From positions 26,033 through 90,032 of IMG/VR virus record IMGVR_UViG_3300015244_001400: a stretch of DNA of 64,000 nucleotides. One strand, 5' to 3'. Source of the stretch: a virus. Lineage: Duplodnaviria; Caudoviricetes. The notes below the pieces were generated by a model. That model had not been told where the DNA came from, did not search any database, and saw only the letters and a list, made by a program, of their open reading frames with translations. Position 1 is the first letter of the stretch. The number at the start of each line of letters is the position of its first letter. A program made the position numbers and the translations under genes. Below, one piece after another: positions 48,821-58,137 of this stretch.

Positions 48821-51800
48821 ATGGGATGTTTAACACACAAAGAGTCTAAAAAGAATGCTCTTTTAGATATTGAAAAAAATAATTTTTTTGCAATTGAGGA
48901 TGGTAAGCCTAATTCTAGGAAAATAGATTTATCAAAAGATTCTGAATTCAAAGCATATCATGCTGAGGTTTTAAAAGCTGCCAATCAAAACTATGGTTTA
49001 AATTTAACTGCTTTATTTGAAACAGAACTTAAAGTTTACAATGAAGAAGTTGATACAAAGTTTGGTAGAGAAACAATTATTAGATTCACTCCTATTGATT
49101 CTGCTTTTGAAGCTATTGACAATAGAAGAAAAGAATTAGGAATCTATGAAGACAAAGTCTCTATTGGAGAGTACAATGCTCAGATAGCTATTGAAGAAGA
49201 TTTAAAGCAAGAACAAACTTTAAAAGTTCTTGCTGAAATCAGAGAGACTAATAGACAATCAGGCTTTATTACAGAAGAGGGAGATGTTTTTCCCTCTGCT
49301 GAAGAAGCTATGTTGTCCCAAGAAGAAGATGCAGATGAAAGTATTAGTGTTGTAAGAGGCCCTAATACAACTGTAATGCAACCTACTTATGAAGACTATT
49401 TAGAGCAAAAGAAAAACTTGCTTAAGAAAATAGAAATGAATATTGAAAAGCTGTATAATGAGAAAAGATTAAAACCTCAATCAGATACTACAGCTAAGAT
49501 ATCTAGATTAAACTTAGTAAAAGACAGTCTTGAAAAAGAGATTAGCAACTTTACTAAAAACACAGATAAGGTAAGTTTAATGAGAGATTTTTTTAATAGA
49601 GATTTTGATTTGATTAAAGAATTTCTTGCTAATCCTACCTTAGACAATATATTTTTAGCTAAAGAAGTATTCAAGTACATTGAGACTTCAGCTAACACAA
49701 GTATTGACAATAAAGGAAACACCCTATTTACCCCTAAGAGTAATACTTATTATGAGGCAGATGTCAAAAGAGTTATTGATGATGTAGCTGCACAAATAAA
49801 TGATACAAGAGACAAAATAGACAGAGCTTTAGACAATGTCTTCTTAGATCTTTTAGAAAAACATGCACCTAATTTAGCATCTTTGTACCCTCAATTTACT
49901 TCTATAGACCCTATAACAGGAGACCAGTCTTTAGATATGGAAGGAGTAAAGAATGAATTACTAAAAAATCTTCAAGATATTACTTGGGGAGAGTCTTTCT
50001 TTTTTGGATTAGGTCAAAATGTTTCAAGTAAAAACAATATTCTGGATGACTTAATGGTTCTGGAATATGAAAAAGCTTCTATTAGACAATCAGCTAAATC
50101 TCAAAAGATTATTGCAGATATTGATGCTGCTATTGAAGAAGCTGAAAAAGAATTACAAAGATTAGGTAAAAAAATAACTGCTAGAGCAGGTAGAATTGTT
50201 TACTCAGGTTATGACTATAATTTATTCTATCAAAAAGATGAGAATGGAAATATTAAACCTAACTTAGTAGGAAAGTTTTCTAGAAAATGGAATACTACCT
50301 TAACTAATTTAGTACAAAAATCTAGAAAATCTGTATTTGAAGCTAGAGAAAATAAAGATTGGGCAGAAGTAGAAAGACTCTTAACAGAAAAATATACTGA
50401 CCTGGATGCTATATCTGAGTTTGTAGACTTTACTTTGTTGCATGATATCTTTACAGACCCTGTGTATGACAAATTCAGAAATCCTGATAATACAGCAGCT
50501 CAATCTTACAAAGATTCTCTTATTTCTAAAATAGGGGAAGATGAGTACAATCATATAGTTGAGCAACAAAGAAACTTTCTTGACAACTATATGGAAGAAA
50601 TGAGAGTTCTTACTGAGTTTAAAATGGCTGAAGAAAATGTCACTAATTATAATAGTCTTTCTCCAGCAGCAAAAACAAATTTAGAAATTACAGATAAAAG
50701 ACTAAATCCTTTAGAGTTTCTTAAAGTTCATCAAGCAAATAATAGCAACTTAATTCAATTTCAAATAGGTACTCAATCAAATGAGAAACCTTCTTTCTTG
50801 AAATATAACACTGTAATGCCAAGAACTATTTCTAAAGCAGGAGTAGATACAAATTTCTATGACAAAGATTTTGATGTTATAGAAAATAGTCCAGCTCTTA
50901 AGAATCTTTGGAATGCTATGAAAGTAGGTTCAAGAACTATTGCTGAAAACCTTATTGACTCTGATTTAAAAGTAAGTGCTAACTCTATATTCTATATGGA
51001 AAAGCAGATAGCTGAAGAGTTAATGGATAAAAGTATTCCTGCTCTTGTAAAAAGAGGATTAGGTAAGCTTTTAAACTTGAAAGGTTTTATCAAAAATGTA
51101 ATTAGTGCTAAAAGACCAAACTATAATGGTCAAAATGATACTGTTGTTTTAGCAGGAGAAATTAAGACTGTAGCAAATGAAGTAAAAAGAGATTTTGACA
51201 TTGTAAAAACAGAAATTGCTAACCTTTTAGGTAAACAAGTTACAGATAAAACAGAAATAAACATTTCTAACTTATCTCCAGAACAACAAAAAAGTCTTTT
51301 AGATGCTGTAGGAGTAGAAACAGCTCAAGACTTCCTTACAGAAACAGGAAAATACATTTTTAAAGTGGGAGAATTAAAAGTCTTTTCAGAAAAAAGAGTA
51401 ATGCAATCTCAAACTTTAAACTTACCTGTACTTATTAAAACCTTGTTAGAAGTTTCTGCTGAGCATAAAGCAAGAACAGAAGCTAAGAATGAGATGAGTG
51501 TCTACATGTCAAAAAGTAATACTATTAAAAATGAGAAAAACTCTGTATTTAATAAAGAAGGCCAAGCTAGAAAAAGTGAAATAGAAAGACAAGAGTTTTG
51601 GAATGAGAAAGTTATTCTAAACAAGAATCAAAAAGATGTAGGAGGAAGTGTAAGTGATGTTTTAATTAAAGCTTTTGGTAAAGCTGATTTTAATCCTATG
51701 CTTTTAGGTCAACATTTCTATAAAAACTTTACTAAAGAAGAGAAAATTATCTACAACTCTGCTATTAAAAGACTAAAAACTTTAGAAACAGAGATAGCAA

Positions 51801-53776
51801 GTAATACTGACCCTAAAAAATCTGAAGAGCTAAACTCTGAAAAACAAGATCTTGAACAAAGATTGAGATTATTAGGTAAAGACTATATGTTTGGAGCTCT
51901 TTTTGACAAGGTTGTAAATCAATTAGCTGTAAAAGTAGGTTTAGGTTATAACTTCCTTGCTAACTTTAGAAACAGAACTCAAGGATTTACTGCTCTGCTA
52001 TCCAGAGATGGAGAATTCTGGAGCAATGGTAATATTTACCCAGTGAATCATTTTGTAGGCTTAAACAAGCTTAGATTTATTAAGCCAGGTTATGCAAAAG
52101 AATGGCATAAAAGTGAGTTGTTTATTAAACAATTAGGAAGGTTACAAGATGGTACTAATGAACTTCAGAAAGCTGAAAGTAAATTACAAAAAAGAGCTAG
52201 ATGGTTCTCTCCTATGTATGGAACTCAAGTAGTTGAGTACTATAACCAGACTTCAGGTATCTTGGCTATGGCCATGGACATGATGGTTACAGATAAGAAT
52301 GGTAATCAAGAGCCTTTATTTGATGGAGCAGGTTTTAATGTTTATGAAGATCCTGATACTACAGGAGGAAAACTTAAATTAAAAGATGAGTTTAGAACTC
52401 CTGAGAATATAGCTAAGTTTGAAGAAATGGATACTGAAGAAATGGTAACCTGGAAAGCAGACATAGACAATATGACTAAGAGTATTGCTGGGGATTACAG
52501 TAAAACAGGTATAACTAGAGTAAAAGGAAGTATTTATACTAAACCTTTTATGGTATTTAAAACTTGGATTCCTAGATTTATTTCTTCTAGATATAGATAT
52601 GAACAAAAGAATATTAGAACAGGTCAAACTGAAACAGGGTACTTACTATCTACATTTTTAAATAAGAAAACTTCTGTTGCAGGAGGACTTATGTTAGGAG
52701 TAACAGGGTTAATGGGTATAGCTGCTTCTTCTCCTGTTTTAGTAGGAGGTTTCTTAACTGCAGGTTCTGTTGCAGCAGGTATGGCAATGTACAAAAGAGC
52801 TAAAGGTCAAGGACCAATCTTAGACCCTACAGAGTTAATTAACATTAGAGAACAAGCTTTATTTGTACTTAAGAGTTTAGCTTATACTCCTGCTGAAATT
52901 GCCAATGTAGCTACTGGTAGACAATTATTAAAACAACCTACTTTTAGTGATAAAGCTAAATTGACCCCTCAAGAAATGAGAGATGTCAGATTAATGGCTA
53001 GAAACATGCAGACTACTGCTGCTTTCATATTAGCTAAACTTGCTATTCAAGCTTTCTTTCAAGCAAATGATGATGATGAACCTAAGCCTGAAGATGAAGA
53101 AGCAATAGCAGCATGGGAAAAAGCTAAAAAAGAAAGAGAAGAAGATAAATACTGGTATAACTTTGTAGAAAATCAAGTTACAGGTATGTATCAAGAGATA
53201 GCTTTAGCTATGGACCCTTATGCAATGATGAGTACTTTAGGTAGTAAAAATGGTCTTCAAAATAGTATGGACAAGATAGTAAAAATTTGTACTAACTTAA
53301 TGGGCCTTACTAAAGGTACAGATGAAATATCTAAAGGAGTAAGACAAGGGCAATCTAAGTTAGGTAATACACTTAGAAAACAATTTTTACCTGCATTTAT
53401 TAGAGATATTGGACATGATACCTGGAGAGGTGGGTTAGAGTCTTCTATGGAAACTGAGTGGGACAAAGATGAGTGGATAGATGGTATATTTGATTCTGAC
53501 TATAAAAAAGATAAGACTACTGCTGAAAAAGCTAGAAAAGTTCAAAGACTACAACTTGTAGAAGACTATGAAGTATCTACAGATGAAGATATTAAAGAGA
53601 TGTCAGAAGATGAAAAGAAAGCTCTAGCTAAAGAAGAGGCATTAGACATGATACCTAATCCTGAAAGAGAAGATTATAATCAAAAACAAAAAAGGAATCC
53701 AGGGGTATCTGAAGTAACTGGGGAGCCTATTCCTCAAGAAGCAGAAGAAGTAGACCCTAATGCTCCAATGTATTAA
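48821..53776 (+). CDS. Large cargo / ejection protein
   Basis: 1651 aa helical protein after the RNAP; hydrophobic hairpin near 52675-52790; FKTWIP motif. Confidence 0.6.
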   Translation: MGCLTHKESKKNALLDIEKNNFFAIEDGKPNSRKIDLSKDSEFKAYHAEVLKAANQNYGLNLTALFETELKVYNEEVDTKFGRETIIRFTPIDSAFEAIDNRRKELGIYEDKVSIGEYNAQIAIEEDLKQEQTLKVLAEIRETNRQSGFITEEGDVFPSAEEAMLSQEEDADESISVVRGPNTTVMQPTYEDYLEQKKNLLKKIEMNIEKLYNEKRLKPQSDTTAKISRLNLVKDSLEKEISNFTKNTDKVSLMRDFFNRDFDLIKEFLANPTLDNIFLAKEVFKYIETSANTSIDNKGNTLFTPKSNTYYEADVKRVIDDVAAQINDTRDKIDRALDNVFLDLLEKHAPNLASLYPQFTSIDPITGDQSLDMEGVKNELLKNLQDITWGESFFFGLGQNVSSKNNILDDLMVLEYEKASIRQSAKSQKIIADIDAAIEEAEKELQRLGKKITARAGRIVYSGYDYNLFYQKDENGNIKPNLVGKFSRKWNTTLTNLVQKSRKSVFEARENKDWAEVERLLTEKYTDLDAISEFVDFTLLHDIFTDPVYDKFRNPDNTAAQSYKDSLISKIGEDEYNHIVEQQRNFLDNYMEEMRVLTEFKMAEENVTNYNSLSPAAKTNLEITDKRLNPLEFLKVHQANNSNLIQFQIGTQSNEKPSFLKYNTVMPRTISKAGVDTNFYDKDFDVIENSPALKNLWNAMKVGSRTIAENLIDSDLKVSANSIFYMEKQIAEELMDKSIPALVKRGLGKLLNLKGFIKNVISAKRPNYNGQNDTVVLAGEIKTVANEVKRDFDIVKTEIANLLGKQVTDKTEINISNLSPEQQKSLLDAVGVETAQDFLTETGKYIFKVGELKVFSEKRVMQSQTLNLPVLIKTLLEVSAEHKARTEAKNEMSVYMSKSNTIKNEKNSVFNKEGQARKSEIERQEFWNEKVILNKNQKDVGGSVSDVLIKAFGKADFNPMLLGQHFYKNFTKEEKIIYNSAIKRLKTLETEIASNTDPKKSEELNSEKQDLEQRLRLLGKDYMFGALFDKVVNQLAVKVGLGYNFLANFRNRTQGFTALLSRDGEFWSNGNIYPVNHFVGLNKLRFIKPGYAKEWHKSELFIKQLGRLQDGTNELQKAESKLQKRARWFSPMYGTQVVEYYNQTSGILAMAMDMMVTDKNGNQEPLFDGAGFNVYEDPDTTGGKLKLKDEFRTPENIAKFEEMDTEEMVTWKADIDNMTKSIAGDYSKTGITRVKGSIYTKPFMVFKTWIPRFISSRYRYEQKNIRTGQTETGYLLSTFLNKKTSVAGGLMLGVTGLMGIAASSPVLVGGFLTAGSVAAGMAMYKRAKGQGPILDPTELINIREQALFVLKSLAYTPAEIANVATGRQLLKQPTFSDKAKLTPQEMRDVRLMARNMQTTAAFILAKLAIQAFFQANDDDEPKPEDEEAIAAWEKAKKEREEDKYWYNFVENQVTGMYQEIALAMDPYAMMSTLGSKNGLQNSMDKIVKICTNLMGLTKGTDEISKGVRQGQSKLGNTLRKQFLPAFIRDIGHDTWRGGLESSMETEWDKDEWIDGIFDSDYKKDKTTAEKARKVQRLQLVEDYEVSTDEDIKEMSEDEKKALAKEEALDMIPNPEREDYNQKQKRNPGVSEVTGEPIPQEAEEVDPNAPMY

Positions 53777-53796
53777 TTTAATATAATCCACCTATT

Positions 53797-54690
53797 ATGA
53801 ACAAACCTCTTAGATTAAAGCCACATGAAATTAAGGCTTTAGACCTCCCTGTCCATATCCACAACAGATATAGATTAAAAGGAGAAAAATTAGAACAACT
53901 CTTAGCTTTAAGAGAAGATCAAAATGACATCAAAAGACTATTCTTTGATATTGAGACTTCTCCTAACATTGTTTACACTTGGAGGGCTGGTTGGAATATT
54001 ACTGTCACACCTGAGAGTATCATAGAAGAAAGAAGAATTATTTGTATCTCCTATAAATGGGAAAACAAAGATAAAGTTCATAGAATTGCTTGGGATAAAA
54101 ACATGTGTGACAAGCAAATGCTTATTGATTTTTTAAAAGTAGCTAACCAAGCTGATGAATTAATTGCTCATAATGGAGATAGATTTGACATCAAATGGAT
54201 AAGAACAAGGTGTATTTTCCACAGAATTCCAATGTTCCCTGCTTATAGAACTTTAGACACTCTTAAAAAAGCAAAATCAGGGTTCTATTTCAACTCTAAC
54301 AAATTAGATTACATAGCTAGATTCCTAAAGGTAGGAGCCAAGATGGAAACAGGAGGCTATGATTTATGGAAAGAAGTTATGAAGAATAACTTAGAAGCTT
54401 TAGAAACTATGGGTCAGTACTGTGACCAAGACGTAATTGTTTTAGAAGCTGTCTACCAAGAAATGAAAAACTACTTTAAACAAAATACTCATCAAGGAGT
54501 CTTAGATAGTAAAAGTAAATATAGTTGCCCTTCTTGTGGCTCTGAAAAGATTGACTATTTAAAAATGGTATCTACACCAGCAGGAACTGTGAAAAGAGTT
54601 ATGAAATGTAAACCTTGTAGTCATGTTTATGAGATCAGCAATGCATCTTATATTCTTATGCTAAAATTTCAATCAAAGAACTTCTTATAA
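53797..54690 (+). CDS. DEDD 3'-5' exonuclease (RNase_H_2/YprB-like) with C-terminal Zn ribbon
   Basis: FFDIETSP (ExoI), HNGDRFD (ExoII), YCDQDV (ExoIII); CPSC...CKPC. Confidence 0.8.
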   Translation: MNKPLRLKPHEIKALDLPVHIHNRYRLKGEKLEQLLALREDQNDIKRLFFDIETSPNIVYTWRAGWNITVTPESIIEERRIICISYKWENKDKVHRIAWDKNMCDKQMLIDFLKVANQADELIAHNGDRFDIKWIRTRCIFHRIPMFPAYRTLDTLKKAKSGFYFNSNKLDYIARFLKVGAKMETGGYDLWKEVMKNNLEALETMGQYCDQDVIVLEAVYQEMKNYFKQNTHQGVLDSKSKYSCPSCGSEKIDYLKMVSTPAGTVKRVMKCKPCSHVYEISNASYILMLKFQSKNFL

Positions 54691-54742
54691 TGGAAAAAAA
54701 AGACCTCAAGTGAGGATTTTAACAATTATAATGGAAAAAAAG

Positions 54743-54775
54743 AAAGAGTAAGGAATTAACCTTACTCTTTTTTTT
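54743..54775. terminator. Bidirectional terminator at the convergence of the two gene blocks
   Basis: AAAGAGTAAGG-aattaa-CCTTACTCTTT (11-bp stem) with an A-run upstream and a T-run downstream. Confidence 0.85.
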
Positions 54776-55103
54776 ATGGGTATGTGTAATGTAATATATG
54801 AGTAAAATCTGGGTCTTTTTTATCCAGTCTAGCTACACAAGGTAACCACTCTCTAAAATCAGAAGTTATTTCTGCATACTTAGATATTATTAAACAATGT
54901 TTTAAGTGCTGTTCTAAGAACATTTCTTTAGTTACTCCTTTACAAGTAATGTGCATGTTTTTAACAGGTTGTAATAATACTTCCACATAATCTCCTACAT
55001 CATAGTGCACATAAACTGCACTAGAGTGGACTATTTCATTACCATTAGTTTCTACCAAATATTTTGGGTAGATAGGTAAAGCTAAGATTTCTTCTTTTAT
55101 CAT
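54774..55103 (-). CDS. Hypothetical protein
   Basis: 109-aa ORF ending at the terminator. Confidence 0.6.
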   Translation of the reverse strand: MIKEEILALPIYPKYLVETNGNEIVHSSAVYVHYDVGDYVEVLLQPVKNMHITCKGVTKEMFLEQHLKHCLIISKYAEITSDFREWLPCVARLDKKDPDFTHILHYTYP

Positions 55104-55270
55104 CTCTTTTTTTTAATTATTGCTTTGAATTCTTCATCCGTTTTAAATCTTTCATTATGACATCTGTCACAAAGTAAAACATTTGTAGCTTTACCTATAG
55201 AGATTATTGTTCTGCAAATATTGCATAACATAGCTCCATTGCCATTATTAAATTTATGGATTGGTTTCAT
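55100..55270 (-). CDS. 56-aa Zn-finger protein (not in ORF track)
   Basis: MKPIHKFNNGNGAMLCNICRTIISIGKATNVLLCDRCHNE...; two CxxC pairs; ATGA overlap with the next gene. Confidence 0.65.
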   Translation of the reverse strand: MKPIHKFNNGNGAMLCNICRTIISIGKATNVLLCDRCHNERFKTDEEFKAIIKKKR

Positions 55271-55394
55271 AAGACTGATTTAAAATCTTACAATATAGGT
55301 TATTAACTCTTTCAGAATTAATTCCTCTGTCTCTATAAAAACTCATTACTTTCTTAATTCTTGTAATAGGTTTAAAATAATTTGGTTTTGCCAT
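55254..55394 (-). CDS. 46-aa basic hypothetical protein (not in ORF track)
   Basis: MAKPNYFKPITRIKKVMSFYRDRGINSERVNNLYCKILNQSYETNP*. Confidence 0.5.
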   Translation of the reverse strand: MAKPNYFKPITRIKKVMSFYRDRGINSERVNNLYCKILNQSYETNP

Positions 55395-55432
55395 AATAGT
55401 GAAATGTATTTAATTTAAGTGAAAAAAGCTTA

Positions 55433-55467
55433 TTTTGTAACAAATATGATACATTCTTGTTACAAAA
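55433..55467. repeat. 11-bp inverted repeat
   Basis: TTTTGTAACAA-N13-TTGTTACAAAA in an intergenic gap. Confidence 0.7.
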
Positions 55468-55468
55468 A

Positions 55469-55642
55469 CTAATCTTCTCTTTCTTCTGCAAACTCTCTAA
55501 AATGTCTAAGAATAGCTTTTGGATTATAAGTTGTTTGAACTAGTAATCCATAAATCATTTCTATAACATCATCTAAATCATGATCATCTAAGTCAGTTTC
55601 AATAGACATTTTTCTTCCATGACTTGTAATTTCTATTTTCAT
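55469..55642 (-). CDS. 57-aa acidic hypothetical protein (not in ORF track)
   Basis: MKIEITSHGRKMSIETDLDDHDLDDVIEMIYGLLVQTTYNPKAILRHFREFAEERED* (TAG stop). Confidence 0.6.
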   Translation of the reverse strand: MKIEITSHGRKMSIETDLDDHDLDDVIEMIYGLLVQTTYNPKAILRHFREFAEERED

Positions 55643-55646
55643 AATT

Positions 55647-56405
55647 TTAAAATTTAATTATATTCCAATTAACTCCTATACCTATAAATACTCCTGGAAT
55701 AAAACCAGGTCCAACTCCATAAGCTACTACAGGTCCAACACCAAATCTTTTAGCAGGAGCAGGTTTAGTACTATAAGCTCTAAGAGTACTTACTGTATTG
55801 AAAGGGTTGTGAAGAGTTACTTCAGCAAAAGGTCTTCCTTTTCCTAAACCTAAGAAACCTGTTTTTTCAGTTCCTATAGCTACATCAATCTCTTCTTTAA
55901 ACCTCATTCCTATTGTAGTACTATCTTTGGTAGCAGAGACTGTCCCCCAAACCCAACCTTTAATATTAAAGTCAGATTTATAGTCAGCATAGATTGTGTC
56001 ATGCACTGTGGTGAAACCAGTTACCTGGCTGGGGCCCACAATATCTATCTTTGCATCAGTATTAATAACTGCTACACTACCTCTTTCTTTAATCTTACCT
56101 TCATATTGCTTTACAAGCTTCTGTAACTTAGCTACAGTGCTATCTGCACTAGTCCAATTAGTAAAGTACTGTGAATTCTGATTCTCAAGAAGAGTAATAT
56201 TAGCTTTAAAGTTACCCTCTTTATCTCTCCAAGTTTTCATACTATCTTTCAAAGCTGTATTCATAGTATCATTTGAGGCTAGCTGTCTTTCAGCTTGACA
56301 ACCTCTCATTAAAAGGAAAATGATTACAATCACTCCTATTACTAATAAGACATTCTTGAACTTATTCCAAGTGTCTATTACTTCTTGTTTGTCTAATTCA
56401 GTCAT
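55647..56405 (-). CDS. Membrane-anchored spanin-like / envelope protein
   Basis: Likely start 56405. N-terminal TM helix ending in RGC, coiled coil, beta region, and C-terminal FGVG...GIGVNWNIIKF strands. Confidence 0.5.
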   Translation of the reverse strand: MTELDKQEVIDTWNKFKNVLLVIGVIVIIFLLMRGCQAERQLASNDTMNTALKDSMKTWRDKEGNFKANITLLENQNSQYFTNWTSADSTVAKLQKLVKQYEGKIKERGSVAVINTDAKIDIVGPSQVTGFTTVHDTIYADYKSDFNIKGWVWGTVSATKDSTTIGMRFKEEIDVAIGTEKTGFLGLGKGRPFAEVTLHNPFNTVSTLRAYSTKPAPAKRFGVGPVVAYGVGPGFIPGVFIGIGVNWNIIKF

Positions 56406-56418
56406 GATAGATTGATTT

Positions 56419-56456
56419 AAAATGTCAAGTTTTCTGTGTAAAAAACTTGACATTTT
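56419..56456. repeat. 15-bp perfect inverted repeat (terminator or operator)
   Basis: AAAATGTCAAGTTTT-ctgtgtaa-AAAACTTGACATTTT between mazG and the spanin-like gene. Confidence 0.8.
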
Positions 56457-56462
56457 GGTTAA

Positions 56463-57044
56463 TTATTTCTTTTCTAATTCAGCTCTTTCAGCTTTCAAAT
56501 CTCTGTTTTGAGCAGCTTCTTCAGTGAATTTTTCAGGGTATCTTACTTTTAACTTTTCAATGTTATTAGTAAGACATTGGAAGAAGTCCAAATCAAACCA
56601 AGAAGCAACATGATATAACATAGCTAATTGGACAATTGGTGCACTAAACATGTTACTTACAGGAGCACAATAAGGAGCTAATAGCATAGTCAATACAGCT
56701 TCTGCTTTAAGTTCATTAGGTAAGTTCTCTTGTGTAAACATTCTATTGTCTATCAATTCTTTGGTGTCAGCAAGCACTTCATCAAAGTCCTCATCTAAAA
56801 GGAGGTCTTCAAATCTACATTTGTTTACAATATACCAAGTCATATCAGCAAGTTCTTCACCTAAATTCACCAAGTCCATTGGTTTATTGTAAGCTAAATA
56901 TTTTTTAAAAATATCAAGAGCTTCTCCAATTTCAGTAATGACACCTAGATTCATGTGTCTTTCATTTGCTCCTTCTTCTTCTAATGTTGGGCAGGTTCTG
57001 GCTGCCAATCCTTGATACTCAAGGATGTTTTTGATTTTACTCAT
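56463..57044 (-). CDS. mazG: MazG-like NTP pyrophosphohydrolase
   Basis: LGVITEIGEALDIFKK, EELADMTWY and NIEKLKVRYPEKF motifs. Confidence 0.85.
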   Translation of the reverse strand: MSKIKNILEYQGLAARTCPTLEEEGANERHMNLGVITEIGEALDIFKKYLAYNKPMDLVNLGEELADMTWYIVNKCRFEDLLLDEDFDEVLADTKELIDNRMFTQENLPNELKAEAVLTMLLAPYCAPVSNMFSAPIVQLAMLYHVASWFDLDFFQCLTNNIEKLKVRYPEKFTEEAAQNRDLKAERAELEKK

Positions 57045-57048
57045 AATA

Positions 57049-57056
57049 CAAATTTA
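57049..57056 (-). promoter_or_regulatory. -7 element TAAATTTG before mazG
   Basis: TAnnTTTG on the - strand, 4 nt before ATG 57044. Confidence 0.5.
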
Positions 57057-57058
57057 AG

Positions 57059-58135
57059 TTATTTATCTAATCTAAATCCTACACACACAGGAAATCTTGG
57101 GATTCCCCCATCAGTGTACTCAAAGAATCTTACTTCAGCAGTCTGGCCAATGTATTCTCCTTTCATAGCTAACATCATCTTTCTTTCAAAATGACTAAAC
57201 TTCATACCACAGTTGAAAGTTTGCTCAACTCCTTTAATAGTAATTTTACAAACTATTACACCTTGTTCAGGTCTGCTTTCAGAAGGCACAATATCAGCTA
57301 CTCTAAACGTAGCATCAATGAAGTCTTTATACTTAAGTAATTGAGAGCTTCTTTTATTTACAGCATAACTTTCATCAGAGTGTCTTATCATAGTTCCTTC
57401 ATATCCTTTAGATATAAAAGTTTCATGCCAAGTTTTAATCTGATCTTCATCATATACCTTATAAGTAGGTACCAACTCTATTTGAGCATCATTTAAACCA
57501 AATCTTAAGTTTTCTAAAACTGCCATTCTTGCACTAAAAGGAGCATCCATAACTACATCATAGACATGATATTTAACTGTTTCTGTGTCTCCTTTTCTGT
57601 ACTTTTTAATAAGCTTCATGTTTTCCTGAAAAGAAATTCCATGGGCATAAAGCTCTCCATCTAAGACAAGGTCCTCAAAAGAAGATAAGTCTATATGTCC
57701 AAGAGTATCAATCATCTTTCCTGTTCTAGACATAAATCCTTCTTCAGTAGCTAAAGATCTCATACCATCTAATTTAGGTTGTACATAACAAGGAAAAGTA
57801 ACCTTCTTAAGTTCTTTCTTATAATCCTTTGCTAACATAGGGAGTAAAAAATCTTTCCCTCCTTTTTCCTGGGCATCTGCTATTGTAGTGAAATAACCTA
57901 ATCTCATCTTTTCAGTGATTTTAGCTTGTGCTTCAATTATAGCTTGACTTTCAGGTGTTGTAGCATTGATTTTACCTACATTTTTTGCTTCACAAACACT
58001 TCTGTTAATCACAGGGCTATTGGTTCCAACAACCCCTGATTCTTGTACTACAAAATGTCCTTCATTACTTATTTCTAAGTATCTGATTTTACCTGATGAA
58101 TCTTTTTTATAGATTCTTCTAGAAATTCCTGACAT
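57059..58135 (-). CDS. ATP-dependent DNA ligase
   Basis: Motif I QPKLDGMR, LDGELY, YHVYD, EGTMIR, LLKYK and C-terminal PRFPV; WGR-like N-terminus. Confidence 0.93.
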   Translation of the reverse strand: MSGISRRIYKKDSSGKIRYLEISNEGHFVVQESGVVGTNSPVINRSVCEAKNVGKINATTPESQAIIEAQAKITEKMRLGYFTTIADAQEKGGKDFLLPMLAKDYKKELKKVTFPCYVQPKLDGMRSLATEEGFMSRTGKMIDTLGHIDLSSFEDLVLDGELYAHGISFQENMKLIKKYRKGDTETVKYHVYDVVMDAPFSARMAVLENLRFGLNDAQIELVPTYKVYDEDQIKTWHETFISKGYEGTMIRHSDESYAVNKRSSQLLKYKDFIDATFRVADIVPSESRPEQGVIVCKITIKGVEQTFNCGMKFSHFERKMMLAMKGEYIGQTAEVRFFEYTDGGIPRFPVCVGFRLDK

Positions 58136-58137
58136 AA

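Noticed and set aside
55441-55448. Promoter CATATTTG on the - strand
   Set aside because: First base mismatches TAnnTTTG and the site lies within the inverted repeat; not supportable.
56406-56453. Track start at 56453 for the spanin-like gene
   Set aside because: It falls inside the 15-bp inverted repeat; ATG 56405 gives a better N-terminus.
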